Assembly: GCA_019247455.1 (NCBI GenBank)
Contig: JAFAOW010000173.1
Span: 191-64,190, forward strand
Source of the DNA: Acidobacteriota bacterium
Lineage (GTDB): Bacteria; Acidobacteriota; Blastocatellia; Pyrinomonadales; Pyrinomonadaceae
Reading direction: 5' to 3'
Length of the DNA: 64,000 nucleotides
Shown here: piece by piece, positions 16,701 to 26,024 of the stretch
Layout: each line of letters opens with the position of its first letter
Position numbering within the stretch: the first letter of the stretch is position 1
Program-made: the position numbers and the translations under genes
Notes under the pieces: generated by a model
The model's database searches: none
Seen by the model: only the letters and a program-made list of their open reading frames with translations
What the model was told of the DNA's origin: nothing

Positions 16701-17547
16701 GCTGGGTGCCCGCACTGCTGAAGGTTCCTCCGCCAGGTTGTGGATCCCCGGCAACGACTACGCGTCTAACGCCGCTGCTGCTGCCAACAAAAACGCCGAG
16801 ACTGTTGGCCGGATCATTTAGCCGTGCGGTGAACAGCACTTCCCCAAGATCATTCATGCCGAAATTTACTGGCACCAGCGTTACAAAATTTCCGCCTCCA
16901 CCGGGAGCGCTGTCGCCAAGCCCGGCTATGCGTGCGGGCGAACCCCCAGCCGGAACTGTATAGAGTGTGGTAATTGCGGGCGCGGTAGAGCCGCTCACCA
17001 CCAGCGGCGCAGTAAAAGTGACGGCGCCAGAACTGTTTATTCCTACTAAGTTTAGATTCCGTTCAAACTTTACGCCCCCTCCCCCGGGAGCCAACTGTGT
17101 GCCGTCCACAACTTTCGTCAAGTTAGTGCCGTCCCATGTAAGGACCGCGCCCATTCCCACCCCGTTTGACTGAAAGAAATCGACTCGAAACGCCATCACA
17201 CCTGAGGCGTTTACTCTCACCGTCGGACTGAAAAGATCGACCCGGCTGCCAGGAAATCCCGGCACCTCATCACCCGCTTGCATCACGAGCTGAGTTGGCT
17301 GGCCCGCTGGCTTATAGAACACCGCCGACTGCCCTGCACCCAAGAAACCATACGTGCCATTTTGGCCAACGTTACCGGGACCGGCTACGCCAAACCTGTC
17401 TGAGAGGCCCAGTTGAGCCTGACTCGTGATCACGGGCACAAGTTCGCTTTGTCCATAGACATTAGCGACGCCAATGGCAGCGAGGATCGACAAAATGAAT
17501 AACAGGCGCAAAGCCTGCGCTGGTTGGGACGGCATGGGAATCGACAT
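13777..17547 (-). CDS. secreted giant repeat protein: about a dozen NxxGxxAF-type repeats plus C-terminal thrombospondin type-3 (Ca-binding) repeats
   Basis: The ATG at 17547 is preceded by AGGAGA. Signal peptide [34 protein letters not shown] recurring module GDxxPGxGGxFxxF...(V/I/M)NxxGx(V/L)xF appears, e.g. [63 protein letters not shown]. The C-terminal 190 aa are rich in DxDxDGxxDxxD ([22 protein letters not shown]...). Confidence 0.85.
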   Translation of the reverse strand: MSIPMPSQPAQALRLLFILSILAAIGVANVYGQSELVPVITSQAQLGLSDRFGVAGPGNVGQNGTYGFLGAGQSAVFYKPAGQPTQLVMQAGDEVPGFPGSRVDLFSPTVRVNASGVMAFRVDFFQSNGVGMGAVLTWDGTNLTKVVDGTQLAPGGGGVKFERNLNLVGINSSGAVTFTAPLVVSGSTAPAITTLYTVPAGGSPARIAGLGDSAPGGGGNFVTLVPVNFGMNDLGEVLFTARLNDPANSLGVFVGSSSGVRRVVVAGDPQPGGGTFSSAGTQLLNNNGDVVFSTGSGVWACNPAGVLIRRVATGDSTPLSGTYSGAIVLQAFDDAGDILITSNVASGSSPSGVFRVGGSSTQTVAARLQSAPGLPGQTFNAFSTFSMNSSGTVTFKAALNNAGPANAFFQQSGSGTPVMIAADGQSSGLSGGGTLKVSGTTLNGTLNNGKVYMWADVVGGSADYAEYLNDGGSMNPLMSTGDQLPAAARNQLRAFKLTGAGDYIGLLARRSGGRNSLAIHNMTDHSTSIVATDADNAPGTGGAIMRPSGSDVFVNSSGTVVFSAQLLGGTISGTTGVFIKKIGSPVSKVVVTGDSDPNVAGQVFNGPALSTTVSPMQINDAGQVLVLASSNTTPTGGSRGIYIWSEANGMRRVAKTGDTISGSGTISGFSGQMSLNNSGKVLATLTTSAPAGSGIYIGTVGGGFTKIANTSDTAPGTGGKTFSSFTTATFNDNGEVAFIAALSGGNGGVFTGTGPGSLTMLAQNGDASPVGGNFVITAPRVEVLINNQSDVAFRSDIANSATTNSAYFIRRGPGGAVHPVAMQGQAAPGTAGGSFDTIQTSLNSFLSENFQLSQDGELAFANFFITPSVRALGVWRVKQDDSVEEILVRGLVAPQFGGGKPVVSTTTLTWNSRGRFAVWARVSGGTLDDGIFLSTPIAATTTPAGTSVPIAPIDSTTGTTPVTMTFDNVTSPGVTSVTSSAGGPAIPTAFQLGDPPLFFNIETTAAFSGPVQVCFDISALHFSPGANLRLLHFAGAGWQDVTTNVTATQVCGITTSLSPFTVAAQIAPPDLDNDGVTEPPDNCPGVSNPDQLDTDHDGAGNACDSDDDNDGVPDVNDAFPLDPTEWVDTDHDGIGNNADLDDDNDGQSDVNELACGSNPLSAASKSPDQDHDNIPDCVDPDIDGDGIPNSCDIDQNPGARDYDHDGIVDGSGCDTVIGPPTNKDQCKNGGWQFWTRRDGSIFKNQGDCVSFTNNGK

Positions 17548-17764
17548 GTTATCTCCTATTGGTTGAGAGGCGGATAGACAAAGCCTTATCGACCTGAATG
17601 AACGCACAAGGAACGTCCGGCAGCTGCCGCTATTCCGAGAAAGTAAATTGGTACCCTTGAATTCACGAGAGCGTAGCATAGGTCTTTTATAACGGTCAAC
17701 GGGTCTCGCCGAGACTACATTTCTTAATTGCCTGCGTTTGCTTTACACTGAATGCCGTTTTCGC

Positions 17765-18718
17765 ATGGCACGACTAGCTTCCAAGTACTACCTCCTGATC
17801 GCTGGAGTGGCCATAGGAATAGTCTACGGCCTCGTCACGCGTATCGTGTGGGGCCAGCAGATGGCCTTGGCGACACTCACGTATCTTTTCGTGATCCCGA
17901 CCGTGCTCGGGATCATTCCGCTAATTTTTTCAAGCGAGGCGCAGGTAAGGTCGTACCTCTTTTGCATATTTGTTCCCTGGCTGACCATCCTTTCCGCGCT
18001 GTTGACGCTTGTACTCGTGCACTTGGAGGGAGTTATTTGCCTGGCCATCCTCGGAGCTCCGTTCTTTATCCTTGGCACGGTCGGAGCTCTCGTTTATAGA
18101 TTGATCCGGATCCACATAAACAATAAGAAGAATCTCCTTCCATCGATCGCTCTGATCCTGACACCGGCGCTCTTGGCCCCGGTCGAGAATTTGATCATCA
18201 GTCCCTCTGATGTGTATTCGGACTCAAGCGAGATCGTTATCAATTCACCGGCAGAGCGTGTGTGGCAAAACATCATCCGGGTTGCGCCGATCCAAGATCG
18301 CGAATATCGAACGGGTTTCTTCAATTATCTTGGCGTACCACGCCCCGTTGAAGCGGAGTTGTTTGGTGAAGGGCCGGGAGCTCTACGTAAGGGCCATTTC
18401 GAAGGCGGCCTGCTTTTTGTGGAACATATACGCGAGTGGCAGCCCGGCCGGCGTGTGTCGTTCGATATTGAGGTCGATCCCAACACCGTGGCGGACAGGG
18501 TATTCGACCAGCATGTTCTAAAGGGAAATTATTTCCGCTTCATTGACGCTGCATACGACATAGAGCCGATCAGTGATACGCAGGTACGTCTTCGCTTGAC
18601 GTCGCGTTACCGCCTCACGTCGAAAGTGAATTTCTACGGTAAGCTGTGGGGGGACATTTTTTTGAGGGATTTTCAGGATCGGCTTCTTGAGGTTATCAAA
18701 GAAAGGACCGATCAATGA
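17765..18718 (+). CDS. polytopic membrane domain fused to an SRPBCC (START/polyketide-cyclase-like) domain
   Basis: ATG at 17765, with a TTG at 17738 as alternative. Four to five hydrophobic helices in the first 140 aa, then ERVWQNIIRVAPI...GPGALRKGHFEGGLLFVEHIREWQPGRRVSFDIEVD...YRFIDAAYDIEP, typical of SRPBCC ligand-binding domains. Confidence 0.65.
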   Translation: MARLASKYYLLIAGVAIGIVYGLVTRIVWGQQMALATLTYLFVIPTVLGIIPLIFSSEAQVRSYLFCIFVPWLTILSALLTLVLVHLEGVICLAILGAPFFILGTVGALVYRLIRIHINNKKNLLPSIALILTPALLAPVENLIISPSDVYSDSSEIVINSPAERVWQNIIRVAPIQDREYRTGFFNYLGVPRPVEAELFGEGPGALRKGHFEGGLLFVEHIREWQPGRRVSFDIEVDPNTVADRVFDQHVLKGNYFRFIDAAYDIEPISDTQVRLRLTSRYRLTSKVNFYGKLWGDIFLRDFQDRLLEVIKERTDQ

Positions 18719-20145
18719 TCGGCCCGATCGTGCACGATCTCATAAGGAATTCTTTGCGAGAGCATTCTGCCGGTTACCATCAGACCTACCCAGATCAGCA
18801 GTGAAACGGTCGAGACCGCCCAGCCGATATCCGCGACAAGGTTGTCGTCGGCTATCAACCCGAAAATTATTAGAGGAAACGCGATGAAGGCGATCCTAAG
18901 CGCCGTCCCTTTAGAGGTCTCGACCGTCTCGAGTAAATTTACTCTGCCAATTTCCATCTCCATGTATTCTTCGTCGTCATGGAGACGCGAAAAATAGTCG
19001 GTCTCATTACGGCTCCAGCGGCGCAGCGACGGGGTGCCGGCGGCCCGATTGGCAGACGCGAAATGGTGGATCACATGCGCTATCTTTCCCTCTCGAAGCG
19101 CAAGCTCGGCCATGCCGCGGGCGGCCGCGAAGTTGTCGCCAAAGCGGTCCAAAACATTTTGAAAGACGGCGCCCGCGCGTTTCCCGTCGCCGATCTGAAA
19201 ATAGCTCTCAGCGATCTGGTTCAGGAGGCCCGTGTCCTGTCCCGCACGCCGCTCAGATAGACGGAGCGCCGCGATGGCCTTTCGCTCGAGGCGGCGGTCC
19301 TTCGATACTCCCGCCCATGAATGCAGGCACCGTGCAAACTCGAATATGAGCCGCGCGTCTTTTGGACGGAGCACAAGGGCCCGGCGAAAGGCTTCAAGCG
19401 CCTGCAAAAGATATCCCGACAGCCTGAGTTCATTCGCAAGGGATTGAAGTTCGTCTGCTCGCTCCTCATCTTCGTTCGATTTGGGCCGTATACCTTGGTC
19501 TTTGTCGATCCGATGCCTCACAGCCGCACGCATCGTGCCCTCGAGGACCTCCGCGGACGGGATTCTTGCGAATTCTGCACGTGTCAGCACTTCTTTCGGT
19601 TCAGCCAAATGGTCTCGTAATTCGGCGGAACGAATATCCAAGGCGTTTTCAGGCAGCTTGGTTAATACAGAGGGCAGAATTCGCCTGAAATCATCACCAC
19701 CGGATGCGATGGTGAGGCATGAGCCCTTGCCGCGAAACGTTGTCCTGTAACGATAGAAGATGTTCCCGCCTCTACGGGCCGCCCGGATGGCCTGGGTCTC
19801 GACTTGCTCGATGTCGTAAAGGCGAAGCTGTCGCCGCGAACGGTTGAACCAGTTCCAGGCTCGCGGAACAAGACCAGAGCGGATCAAACGCTTTCCATCG
19901 AAAATTATCTTGTCACCGAGGGCTAAAAACGGGATCAATATCCACGAGATGGCGAAGACGGCAAATCCGGCGATATCAAGTTCGAGATAAAAAAGTAAAG
20001 CTGACAGAAATGTGGAGAGCAGAAGCGCGGTGAGGTAACCGTGGGGCGATACCCTGATCGACAAGGGCTCAGTAGAGGAAGCTGCCTCTTCGGCCAGCGT
20101 CTCCTCACGAAGCCTGCTCAAATTCGCTCGGTCTGCGCCTTTCAC
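18712..20145 (-). CDS. membrane protein with bPH-like membrane-flanked domain, TPR-like repeats and C-terminal TM helices
   Basis: Two N-terminal TM helices are followed by GDKIIFDGKRLIRSGL...LRLYDIEQVE...FRGKGSCLTIASGG (YdbT/bPH-like). The middle part has TPR-like helices (ALEAFRRALVLRPKDARLIFEFARCL...). The C-terminus has two TM helices. Confidence 0.6.
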   Translation of the reverse strand: MKGADRANLSRLREETLAEEAASSTEPLSIRVSPHGYLTALLLSTFLSALLFYLELDIAGFAVFAISWILIPFLALGDKIIFDGKRLIRSGLVPRAWNWFNRSRRQLRLYDIEQVETQAIRAARRGGNIFYRYRTTFRGKGSCLTIASGGDDFRRILPSVLTKLPENALDIRSAELRDHLAEPKEVLTRAEFARIPSAEVLEGTMRAAVRHRIDKDQGIRPKSNEDEERADELQSLANELRLSGYLLQALEAFRRALVLRPKDARLIFEFARCLHSWAGVSKDRRLERKAIAALRLSERRAGQDTGLLNQIAESYFQIGDGKRAGAVFQNVLDRFGDNFAAARGMAELALREGKIAHVIHHFASANRAAGTPSLRRWSRNETDYFSRLHDDEEYMEMEIGRVNLLETVETSKGTALRIAFIAFPLIIFGLIADDNLVADIGWAVSTVSLLIWVGLMVTGRMLSQRIPYEIVHDRADH

Positions 20146-20189
20146 CTGATAGCTATCCTAGCAAAAGACGCTCAATTTGAAATGTATCC

Positions 20190-21047
20190 TTAAGAACCTG
20201 GCTCCCCGCCAAAAGGATTGTCGGGCTCGGGCTCGACTATCTGTTTCGCGCGTTCCGGGTCGAGCTCCTTTAGTTTGTCTTTTGCGGCGGTCGCGGTCGC
20301 GGTCGGACGAACCGGCTTGCCGTCCCGGTCCTTCGCCTCGCTCGAGGCTTTAGCAATGTTGAAATAGATATCCGCAGCTTCCTGCTTCTTACCTTGCTTC
20401 TCGAAAACCTTGGCCAGCTCGAAATTGATAGTGTCCTTTGCAATTATCGGGTCGCTCAGTCCGGCCAGCTCCTGATACAAGGTCGCGGCCTCATCCAGCC
20501 TGTTGTCCTCGACACGCGTTTGGGCGAGGGCAAACTTCGCCATTTTGCCTGTCTCAGACGAGGCATTGGCCATTCCTTCAAGGTCTTTGATCGCGGCGGG
20601 TCGATCGACAAAGAGCCTGTTAACAGCGATGAAATACTTGGCCTTCTCGCCGACCGAACCGCCATATTTGTCGACCACCGCTTGGAATTCAGCGATCGCC
20701 GCCTCGGACCGTTCCTTTTCGGACTTGAAGCTTTTTTCCTTCGAACCGGCAAGTGTTCCCGTTTCCGAGATCTGCGCCTGTGACGTTTCGATAGCTTTAC
20801 CCAGCGCGGTTTGGGCCTCGGCACCCGACGATCGCATGTAGCGGATCACAAACAGGGAGATGAGGCCAACGAGCGCGATCGCTATGGCTCCGTAAAGGAT
20901 CGTCTTCCCTTTTCCCTCAAACGTCTTGCCCAGGCTCTCGATGCGGGGCACCACCTGCTGTTGAAACGGATCAACGTAGGTCTTCTTATCTTTGGGAGCA
21001 GCCGCCGCAGCTTGGAGCTGTTCGAATCGTCTTTTCTTCTTCGACAT
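20190..21047 (-). CDS. membrane-anchored TPR-like protein (YfgM / TPR_21-like)
   Basis: Basic N-terminus, a single TM helix ILYGAIAIALVGLISLFVI, then a helical repeat region (AKYFIAVNRLFVDRPAAIKDLEGMA..., AKFALAQTRVEDNRLDEAATLYQEL..., FELAKVFEKQGKKQEAADIYFNI). Confidence 0.6.
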   Translation of the reverse strand: MSKKKRRFEQLQAAAAAPKDKKTYVDPFQQQVVPRIESLGKTFEGKGKTILYGAIAIALVGLISLFVIRYMRSSGAEAQTALGKAIETSQAQISETGTLAGSKEKSFKSEKERSEAAIAEFQAVVDKYGGSVGEKAKYFIAVNRLFVDRPAAIKDLEGMANASSETGKMAKFALAQTRVEDNRLDEAATLYQELAGLSDPIIAKDTINFELAKVFEKQGKKQEAADIYFNIAKASSEAKDRDGKPVRPTATATAAKDKLKELDPERAKQIVEPEPDNPFGGEPGS

Positions 21048-21203
21048 CGTGAAAAATGCAATTAATTCGCTCGGTGCGCGTTATATTAGTGCCGTGACCG
21101 GGCGATTTCCAAAAGAGTTAATTTACCCCAGATCCAATGGATAGAGCAAATAATCAGAGGGCAATTGTCCCCGAAACCGACTGCTCCTGCCGGATTTTCG
21201 CTG

Positions 21204-21231
21204 GGAACATTTTGGATCTAACGGTGTCTAA
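21204..21231 (+). promoter_or_regulatory. candidate ECF-type promoter (GGAAC-N17-GTCTAA)
   Basis: GGAAC at 21204-21208 and GTCTAA at 21226-21231, located 35-70 nt upstream of the possible sigma-factor starts. This resembles autoregulated ECF promoters (GGAAC ... GTC/CGTC). Confidence 0.35.
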
Positions 21232-21263
21232 TCATTCGGACCGCAGCGCAGCGGCCAGGCAAT

Positions 21264-21950
21264 TTGACGGCCCTCGTTGTGAGGCCACTCGGGCGGACGA
21301 TGCTCTTCAGTAAGTCGATCACACTTGACGATGAAGAAGTTACGCGGGCAGCGGTTCCGGCCGATGTGGAAGCCCGCCGGTCAGCAGACCTTGCCTTTAT
21401 TGAAAAGTTGAAAGAGGGCGACGAAGCGGCGTTTGAGACCTTGGTCGATCGCTACTCGGGCGACATTCACGCCCTGTTATACAGGTTGACGGAGAACGCC
21501 GAGGAAGCGGCTGACCTGACTCAGGACACGTTCCTGCGTGCTGTTAGGGCGATCAGATCGTTCCGGGGTGAATCGGAGCTTAAAACATGGCTGTTCCGAA
21601 TAGCCATCAACGAGTCGCGAAACCGACATCGCTGGTGGAAGCGCCGACGGCGGAACGAGACGATCTCGCTCGATGCCACTATCGGCAGCTCGGACCAAAG
21701 GGTGGAGGACGTCCTTTCGGACGATAGCATCAGCCCGGAGGAATCTGCTCTGATGCGGGAGCGTGAACAGGCGTTAAGCCTGGCGCTTCTTGAGCTTGCC
21801 GAAACTTATCGAGAGGCCGTCGTGCTCTGCGATGTGGAAGGATTGACATACGAGGAAACTGCCGAGGCCCTTGATATCGGCATCGGAACAGTGAAATCAC
21901 GCATTTCACGGGGCCGTCACGAATTGCGGCGAAAGTTAAAGGATCTTTGA
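21264..21950 (+). CDS. ECF-type RNA polymerase sigma-70 family factor
   Basis: Region 2: FETLVDRYSGDIHALLYRLTENAEEAADLTQDTFLRAVRAIRSFRGESELKTWLFRIAINESRN. Region 4: YREAVVLCDVEGLTYEETAEALDIGIGTVKSRISRGRHELRRKL. The start is either TTG 21264 or ATG 21300. Confidence 0.9.
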   Translation: MTALVVRPLGRTMLFSKSITLDDEEVTRAAVPADVEARRSADLAFIEKLKEGDEAAFETLVDRYSGDIHALLYRLTENAEEAADLTQDTFLRAVRAIRSFRGESELKTWLFRIAINESRNRHRWWKRRRRNETISLDATIGSSDQRVEDVLSDDSISPEESALMREREQALSLALLELAETYREAVVLCDVEGLTYEETAEALDIGIGTVKSRISRGRHELRRKLKDL

Positions 21951-22194
21951 AAATCAGGTGAATGGTTGACTCACCCCGGTCTCTAATTTAGACAAAGAAT
22001 CGGTGCCAAACGATAGGTCAATGGAGCGATAAGTTGGGAAGGTCATTCGAAGAAGTTCGGCAATTGATATCGACCAGCAACATCGATTCTTACGCCGTAC
22101 TTTGAGGGGTCATTCTCGACACAAACGTTGTTTCCCCGTTTTATTGGGAGACAGCCGGGGTCAGTGAGCCATTCGCCTGGTTTTTAGCGAAAAG

Positions 22195-23004
22195 ATGAAA
22201 TGCTCGGAAGTACAATTTGAACTTGGATTGATGAGCGACGGCCTTCTTTCGGCAGCGGAATACGGCAGGGCAAGTGCCCATGTTGACGAATGCCCCGTTT
22301 GCCGTCAAGCCTATGCGGAAACGCGTGAGATCAGGCAGGCGCTCGCCCGGATCGCCCGTCCGAATATTCCAGCCGGAGTTCAACACGCCTTGAAGCGCGC
22401 GGTCAGATCTGAGCTGGATCACGCAAGAGATGCGTGGCTCCCGTTCTCTTTGGATGTCAGGGATGCTCTTCGGTCGAGGGTGATGCCCTATGCCGTGGGC
22501 GTAATGGCATCTATCATCGTTGGATTTACTTTTTTGACGTTGATGTTCTCAAGCTTTCGAATTGGCGGGCCGCTGTCGCCCACAAAGGGCGACTACGTCT
22601 CCGATGGTCTATTTGCCGGACAGAGGGATAACGGTGTCTATTCGGATATGAATTTGAGCCCGGCGCTCTACGCCCAGTCAAGAATGCCGGTTAACGGCGA
22701 ATCCCCGAGCGTGAATCCCCAGGGAGCGTTAGTGGCCCTGACCAGATCACTGGTTCGCGGGAACATCAAGGATGCCGAGGTTGTTGTCATCGCGGATGTC
22801 TTCGGGAACGGCCTGGCTCAGATATCAGAGGTGATCGAGCCGTCTAAAGACCGCCGTGCCGTGACGGAGCTGCAAAAGGCCCTTGCAACAGATCCCGCTT
22901 ATGCTCCGTTTGTACCGGCGAATATGGACAATCGCTCAGACAGCGTTCGAGTCATTCTGCGTCTGCAGCGGGTCAACGTCACAACGCACGCAGGCCGTCA
23001 CTGA
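22195..23004 (+). CDS. zf-HC2 type anti-sigma factor, single-pass membrane protein
   Basis: N-terminal H-x3-C-x2-C motif (SAHVDECPVCRQAY), TM helix VMPYAVGVMASIIVGFTFLTLMF, and an extracytoplasmic C-terminal domain of unknown type. It lies downstream of the ECF sigma gene. Confidence 0.75.
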   Translation: MKCSEVQFELGLMSDGLLSAAEYGRASAHVDECPVCRQAYAETREIRQALARIARPNIPAGVQHALKRAVRSELDHARDAWLPFSLDVRDALRSRVMPYAVGVMASIIVGFTFLTLMFSSFRIGGPLSPTKGDYVSDGLFAGQRDNGVYSDMNLSPALYAQSRMPVNGESPSVNPQGALVALTRSLVRGNIKDAEVVVIADVFGNGLAQISEVIEPSKDRRAVTELQKALATDPAYAPFVPANMDNRSDSVRVILRLQRVNVTTHAGRH

Positions 23005-23005
23005 A

Positions 23006-24379
23006 TCACATCTTATCGATCTCCGCTTTCAACAGATCGGCGAGCTTCGGGTCCTGGGCACGGAGTGCGTCATACTGCTGTTGCGCTCCGGTCTTGTTCT
23101 TCATTCGGGTGTAGGTCACACCCAGGTTGAAGCGGGCCTTCGGGAAATTCGGACTGAGGTCGAGAGCCTTTTTGTAGGCATCGACGGCCTTATCGCGTTG
23201 GTTATCGGCAAAGTACGCGTTCCCCAGCAGGTACCAGGAGTCTGAATACGTGGGATTTGCCTTGGTAAATTCGATCAGCCCCTTTACAGCGAGGCTGTAG
23301 TAACGTGTGGCCTCGGCCGATCTTCTCAAACCGTCTGAAGCCCTTGCCATATAAAAGTAGGTCTCGCCGTCTCCCGGTTGCAGCCTCAACGCGGAGTTGC
23401 AGGTGGTTAGGGCCAGCTCGTAGGCCTTCGTTTCGTTATACGCGCGGCAAAGATTCGTAAACCCGAGATATTGGTTTGGCGAAAGCTGTACAGCCGCCTT
23501 TCCCGCAGCAACGGCGTCATCCGGCCGGTCGGCAAGCGAGTAGTACCAGCTTAGATCCGTGTAAAAGCCTCCATCGTTGGGAAATGCCTTGACGCCCTGG
23601 CGCAGGATATTGATCGCATCGGTATACTTCCCTTCGCTTCGATAAATAGCGCCCAGATTTCGGTAGGCGTCATAAAGGTCGGGTTTTGCTGTAACCGCCT
23701 TTTGATAATTTTCAATGGAGCAAGCCTCGTCTCCCTGCTTGAAACAGGCGTCCGCGAGCAGATAATGGGTCTCACCCACGAACCTTGTTCCCTTCGCAAG
23801 TGCCTTGGAGGCCGCCGTCCTCTGCGCAGCGGCATCACCCATTGCCATCTCCACCCTTGCGATGTTGTAGTCAATGTCGGCATTGTTTGGCGCAACGCTC
23901 TGTGCCTTCTGTAGGGCTATAAGGGCGTTGGCATTATCATTCTTGGCTAGATAGACGTCACCCAGGCCAACGACCAACTGAACATCATTGGGTGATAACG
24001 CGAGTCCCTTTTGAATGTCTGCCAGGGCCGCGTCGTAGTTCTTTTGCTCGTTGTAAATGAAGGCCCGCACTTTATAGATCTCGAGCGGCTTGAAACCCTG
24101 ACTAAGAGCGGCATTGAATTCAGTCAGCGCAGCGTCGTATTCCTTCAATTGGAAATGCGCGAAGCCTTTTCGGTAGTGGGCTGCCGAATCGTTCGGAAGG
24201 ATCGCCAGTGCCTGACCATATTTATCAGCGGCTTCTCGAAAGTTCTTTTGGTTATAGGCCCGATCGGCTTCTTGCTGAAGCTGTCTTGCGCGATCCCGGT
24301 CCTTCTTTGACTGCGCGGTAAGCGACCCGAAAGCGGCCAAAATAACTAGGAGCGTAATAATTATGCTCTTGCCTTTCAT
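23006..24379 (-). CDS. secreted tetratricopeptide (TPR) repeat protein
   Basis: Signal peptide MKGKSIIITLLVILAAFGSLTAQ, followed by more than 10 consecutive 34-aa TPR units (A..Y..AL...P....A.Y..G pattern throughout). Confidence 0.85.
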   Translation of the reverse strand: MKGKSIIITLLVILAAFGSLTAQSKKDRDRARQLQQEADRAYNQKNFREAADKYGQALAILPNDSAAHYRKGFAHFQLKEYDAALTEFNAALSQGFKPLEIYKVRAFIYNEQKNYDAALADIQKGLALSPNDVQLVVGLGDVYLAKNDNANALIALQKAQSVAPNNADIDYNIARVEMAMGDAAAQRTAASKALAKGTRFVGETHYLLADACFKQGDEACSIENYQKAVTAKPDLYDAYRNLGAIYRSEGKYTDAINILRQGVKAFPNDGGFYTDLSWYYSLADRPDDAVAAGKAAVQLSPNQYLGFTNLCRAYNETKAYELALTTCNSALRLQPGDGETYFYMARASDGLRRSAEATRYYSLAVKGLIEFTKANPTYSDSWYLLGNAYFADNQRDKAVDAYKKALDLSPNFPKARFNLGVTYTRMKNKTGAQQQYDALRAQDPKLADLLKAEIDKM

Positions 24380-24389
24380 ATTTCCATCC

Positions 24390-26024
24390 TTACTGTAGAA
24401 TGATCGTCCGGTCCGTGCTCTTAGGCTTTGGCTGCGGCTTTGCCGCGGGCGGCGTGTTCGGCCGCGTCGGATTGTTCTTGCCCGTCGTCGGCGGCGTTGT
24501 CGTTCCTGTGCGCGTCGGGCCCGTCGGGTTATCAGAAGCGGTATTCGAATCGGTTGTCGCTGTATTCGTGTTCGTTTCCGCCACCGTATTCGAATTGCTA
24601 TTGCCGCCCGGCGTACTTTCTGCGATCACCGTCGATGACGGCTGCGGACTCGGGGTCGGGGTCGCCGCCGCGTTCCCTTTCGCGTAATACTTCTTATATG
24701 CATACCAGCCGCCGCCGCCTGCTATGCCTCCAAGCAGCAGGATCGCAAGCAAGCCGCCGATAAAAAGCCCGGCCCGGGACTTTTTCTTCGGGGACGCCTG
24801 GGCTGCGGCTGCCGCTGGGGCTGCTGCGGCTGCTGCTGCCGCCTTTTCAGCCTGCTGTTTTGTATATCCCGCAGGCATGGTCTCTTCTCCAAGATCAGCA
24901 GTATCGTCCTGAGCCGCAACTGGGGGCGTAGGAGTCGAAGCCATCGGCGTCGGAGGCGGTGACGCTGCCGCAGGCTGTTCGGTTACCGCGGGAGTTGGTT
25001 CGATCGATTCCGTGTCCGGCGCTTTGAGCACCTCGGTTTTAACGTCTGACTGCTGGGACGCACCATTGCCCCCGGCTTCGCTTGATTGAGCCTGAGGTAA
25101 TGTCGCGCCAAGCCCCGGCATTATCGCCGTTTTTGCTTCTGTCGGAGTGACCGCCTCACTCTTTTGCGCGCTCTTTGGCTTGTTGAATGCTCGTCTAAGC
25201 GCTTTCTGCATCTCCGTGGCGGTAGCGAACCGATCATCCTTGCGGACCGAAAGCCCCTTTACGATAACGTCTGATATAGCCTCCGGAACCTCGCTGTTTA
25301 TCGAAGAAACGCTTTTCAAAGGATCTGGCCCCCCACCGAGCATCGCATCCGCGCGCGTAAGAGCGTCGGGAGGTACCGTATCCGTCATCAGCTGGTACAG
25401 GGTGGCCGAAAGCGAATAAAGATCGCTTCTCGCGTCCGTGCCCCCGCCGTGCACCTGTTCCATTGAGGCAAAATGGGGCGAATAACCGACCACACTTCCA
25501 GTTCCGGGAGGCTCATTCTGAAGGGCGGTATCAAAGTCCTTCGACAGGCCAAAATCGAGCAGAACTATATGGTTCTCGTCCGTAAGCTTCAGGTTCTGAG
25601 GCTTGATATCTCGATGAATGATCGGCGGTTCGTGCGAATGCAGATACGCAAGCGCGTCCAAAAGCTGGTCCGCCCAAAACATCACCCAGCTCAATGGAAA
25701 TGGCTTCCCGGCGCTCTCCAGCCGTTTTGCGAGGTCGTCACCCGAAATGTGTTCCATTACGAGAAACTGTCCGCCGTTCTCGCTGAAATGGTCGATCACC
25801 TTGGGCAATACGGGGTGCCGCAAACGCCCGAGGATCTTCGCTTCACGTTCGAAGGCGTCCGTCATCGCACCGCCGGTCTCCCCGAAGAATGTGCGCTTCA
25901 AAGCAACCGCGCTTCCGAGGCGTTGATCTACCGCCAGATAAACTTCGCCCATACCGCCTTTACCTATCATTTGCACGACCAGGTAACGGTTCTGGACCAT
26001 TGAATTTGGTGCTAATTGTTTCAT
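24390..26024 (-). CDS. Hanks-type Ser/Thr protein kinase with TM helix and low-complexity extracytoplasmic tail
   Basis: GKGGMGEVYLA (P-loop), VALKR (catalytic Lys), HRDIKPQNLKL (catalytic loop), DFGLSK, and GYSPHFASMEQ (activation/P+1). The TM helix is GLFIGGLLAILLLGGIAGGGGWYAY, followed by a T/P/N-rich tail. Confidence 0.92.
   Translation of the reverse strand: MKQLAPNSMVQNRYLVVQMIGKGGMGEVYLAVDQRLGSAVALKRTFFGETGGAMTDAFEREAKILGRLRHPVLPKVIDHFSENGGQFLVMEHISGDDLAKRLESAGKPFPLSWVMFWADQLLDALAYLHSHEPPIIHRDIKPQNLKLTDENHIVLLDFGLSKDFDTALQNEPPGTGSVVGYSPHFASMEQVHGGGTDARSDLYSLSATLYQLMTDTVPPDALTRADAMLGGGPDPLKSVSSINSEVPEAISDVIVKGLSVRKDDRFATATEMQKALRRAFNKPKSAQKSEAVTPTEAKTAIMPGLGATLPQAQSSEAGGNGASQQSDVKTEVLKAPDTESIEPTPAVTEQPAAASPPPTPMASTPTPPVAAQDDTADLGEETMPAGYTKQQAEKAAAAAAAAPAAAAAQASPKKKSRAGLFIGGLLAILLLGGIAGGGGWYAYKKYYAKGNAAATPTPSPQPSSTVIAESTPGGNSNSNTVAETNTNTATTDSNTASDNPTGPTRTGTTTPPTTGKNNPTRPNTPPAAKPQPKPKSTDRTIILQ

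Noticed and set aside
21951-22194. A small protein-coding gene in the sigma/anti-sigma spacer.
   Set aside because: The only plus-strand ATG-initiated frames are 3-10 codons long. The 93-aa minus-strand ORF (22141-22422) overlaps the anti-sigma start and has no RBS or motifs.
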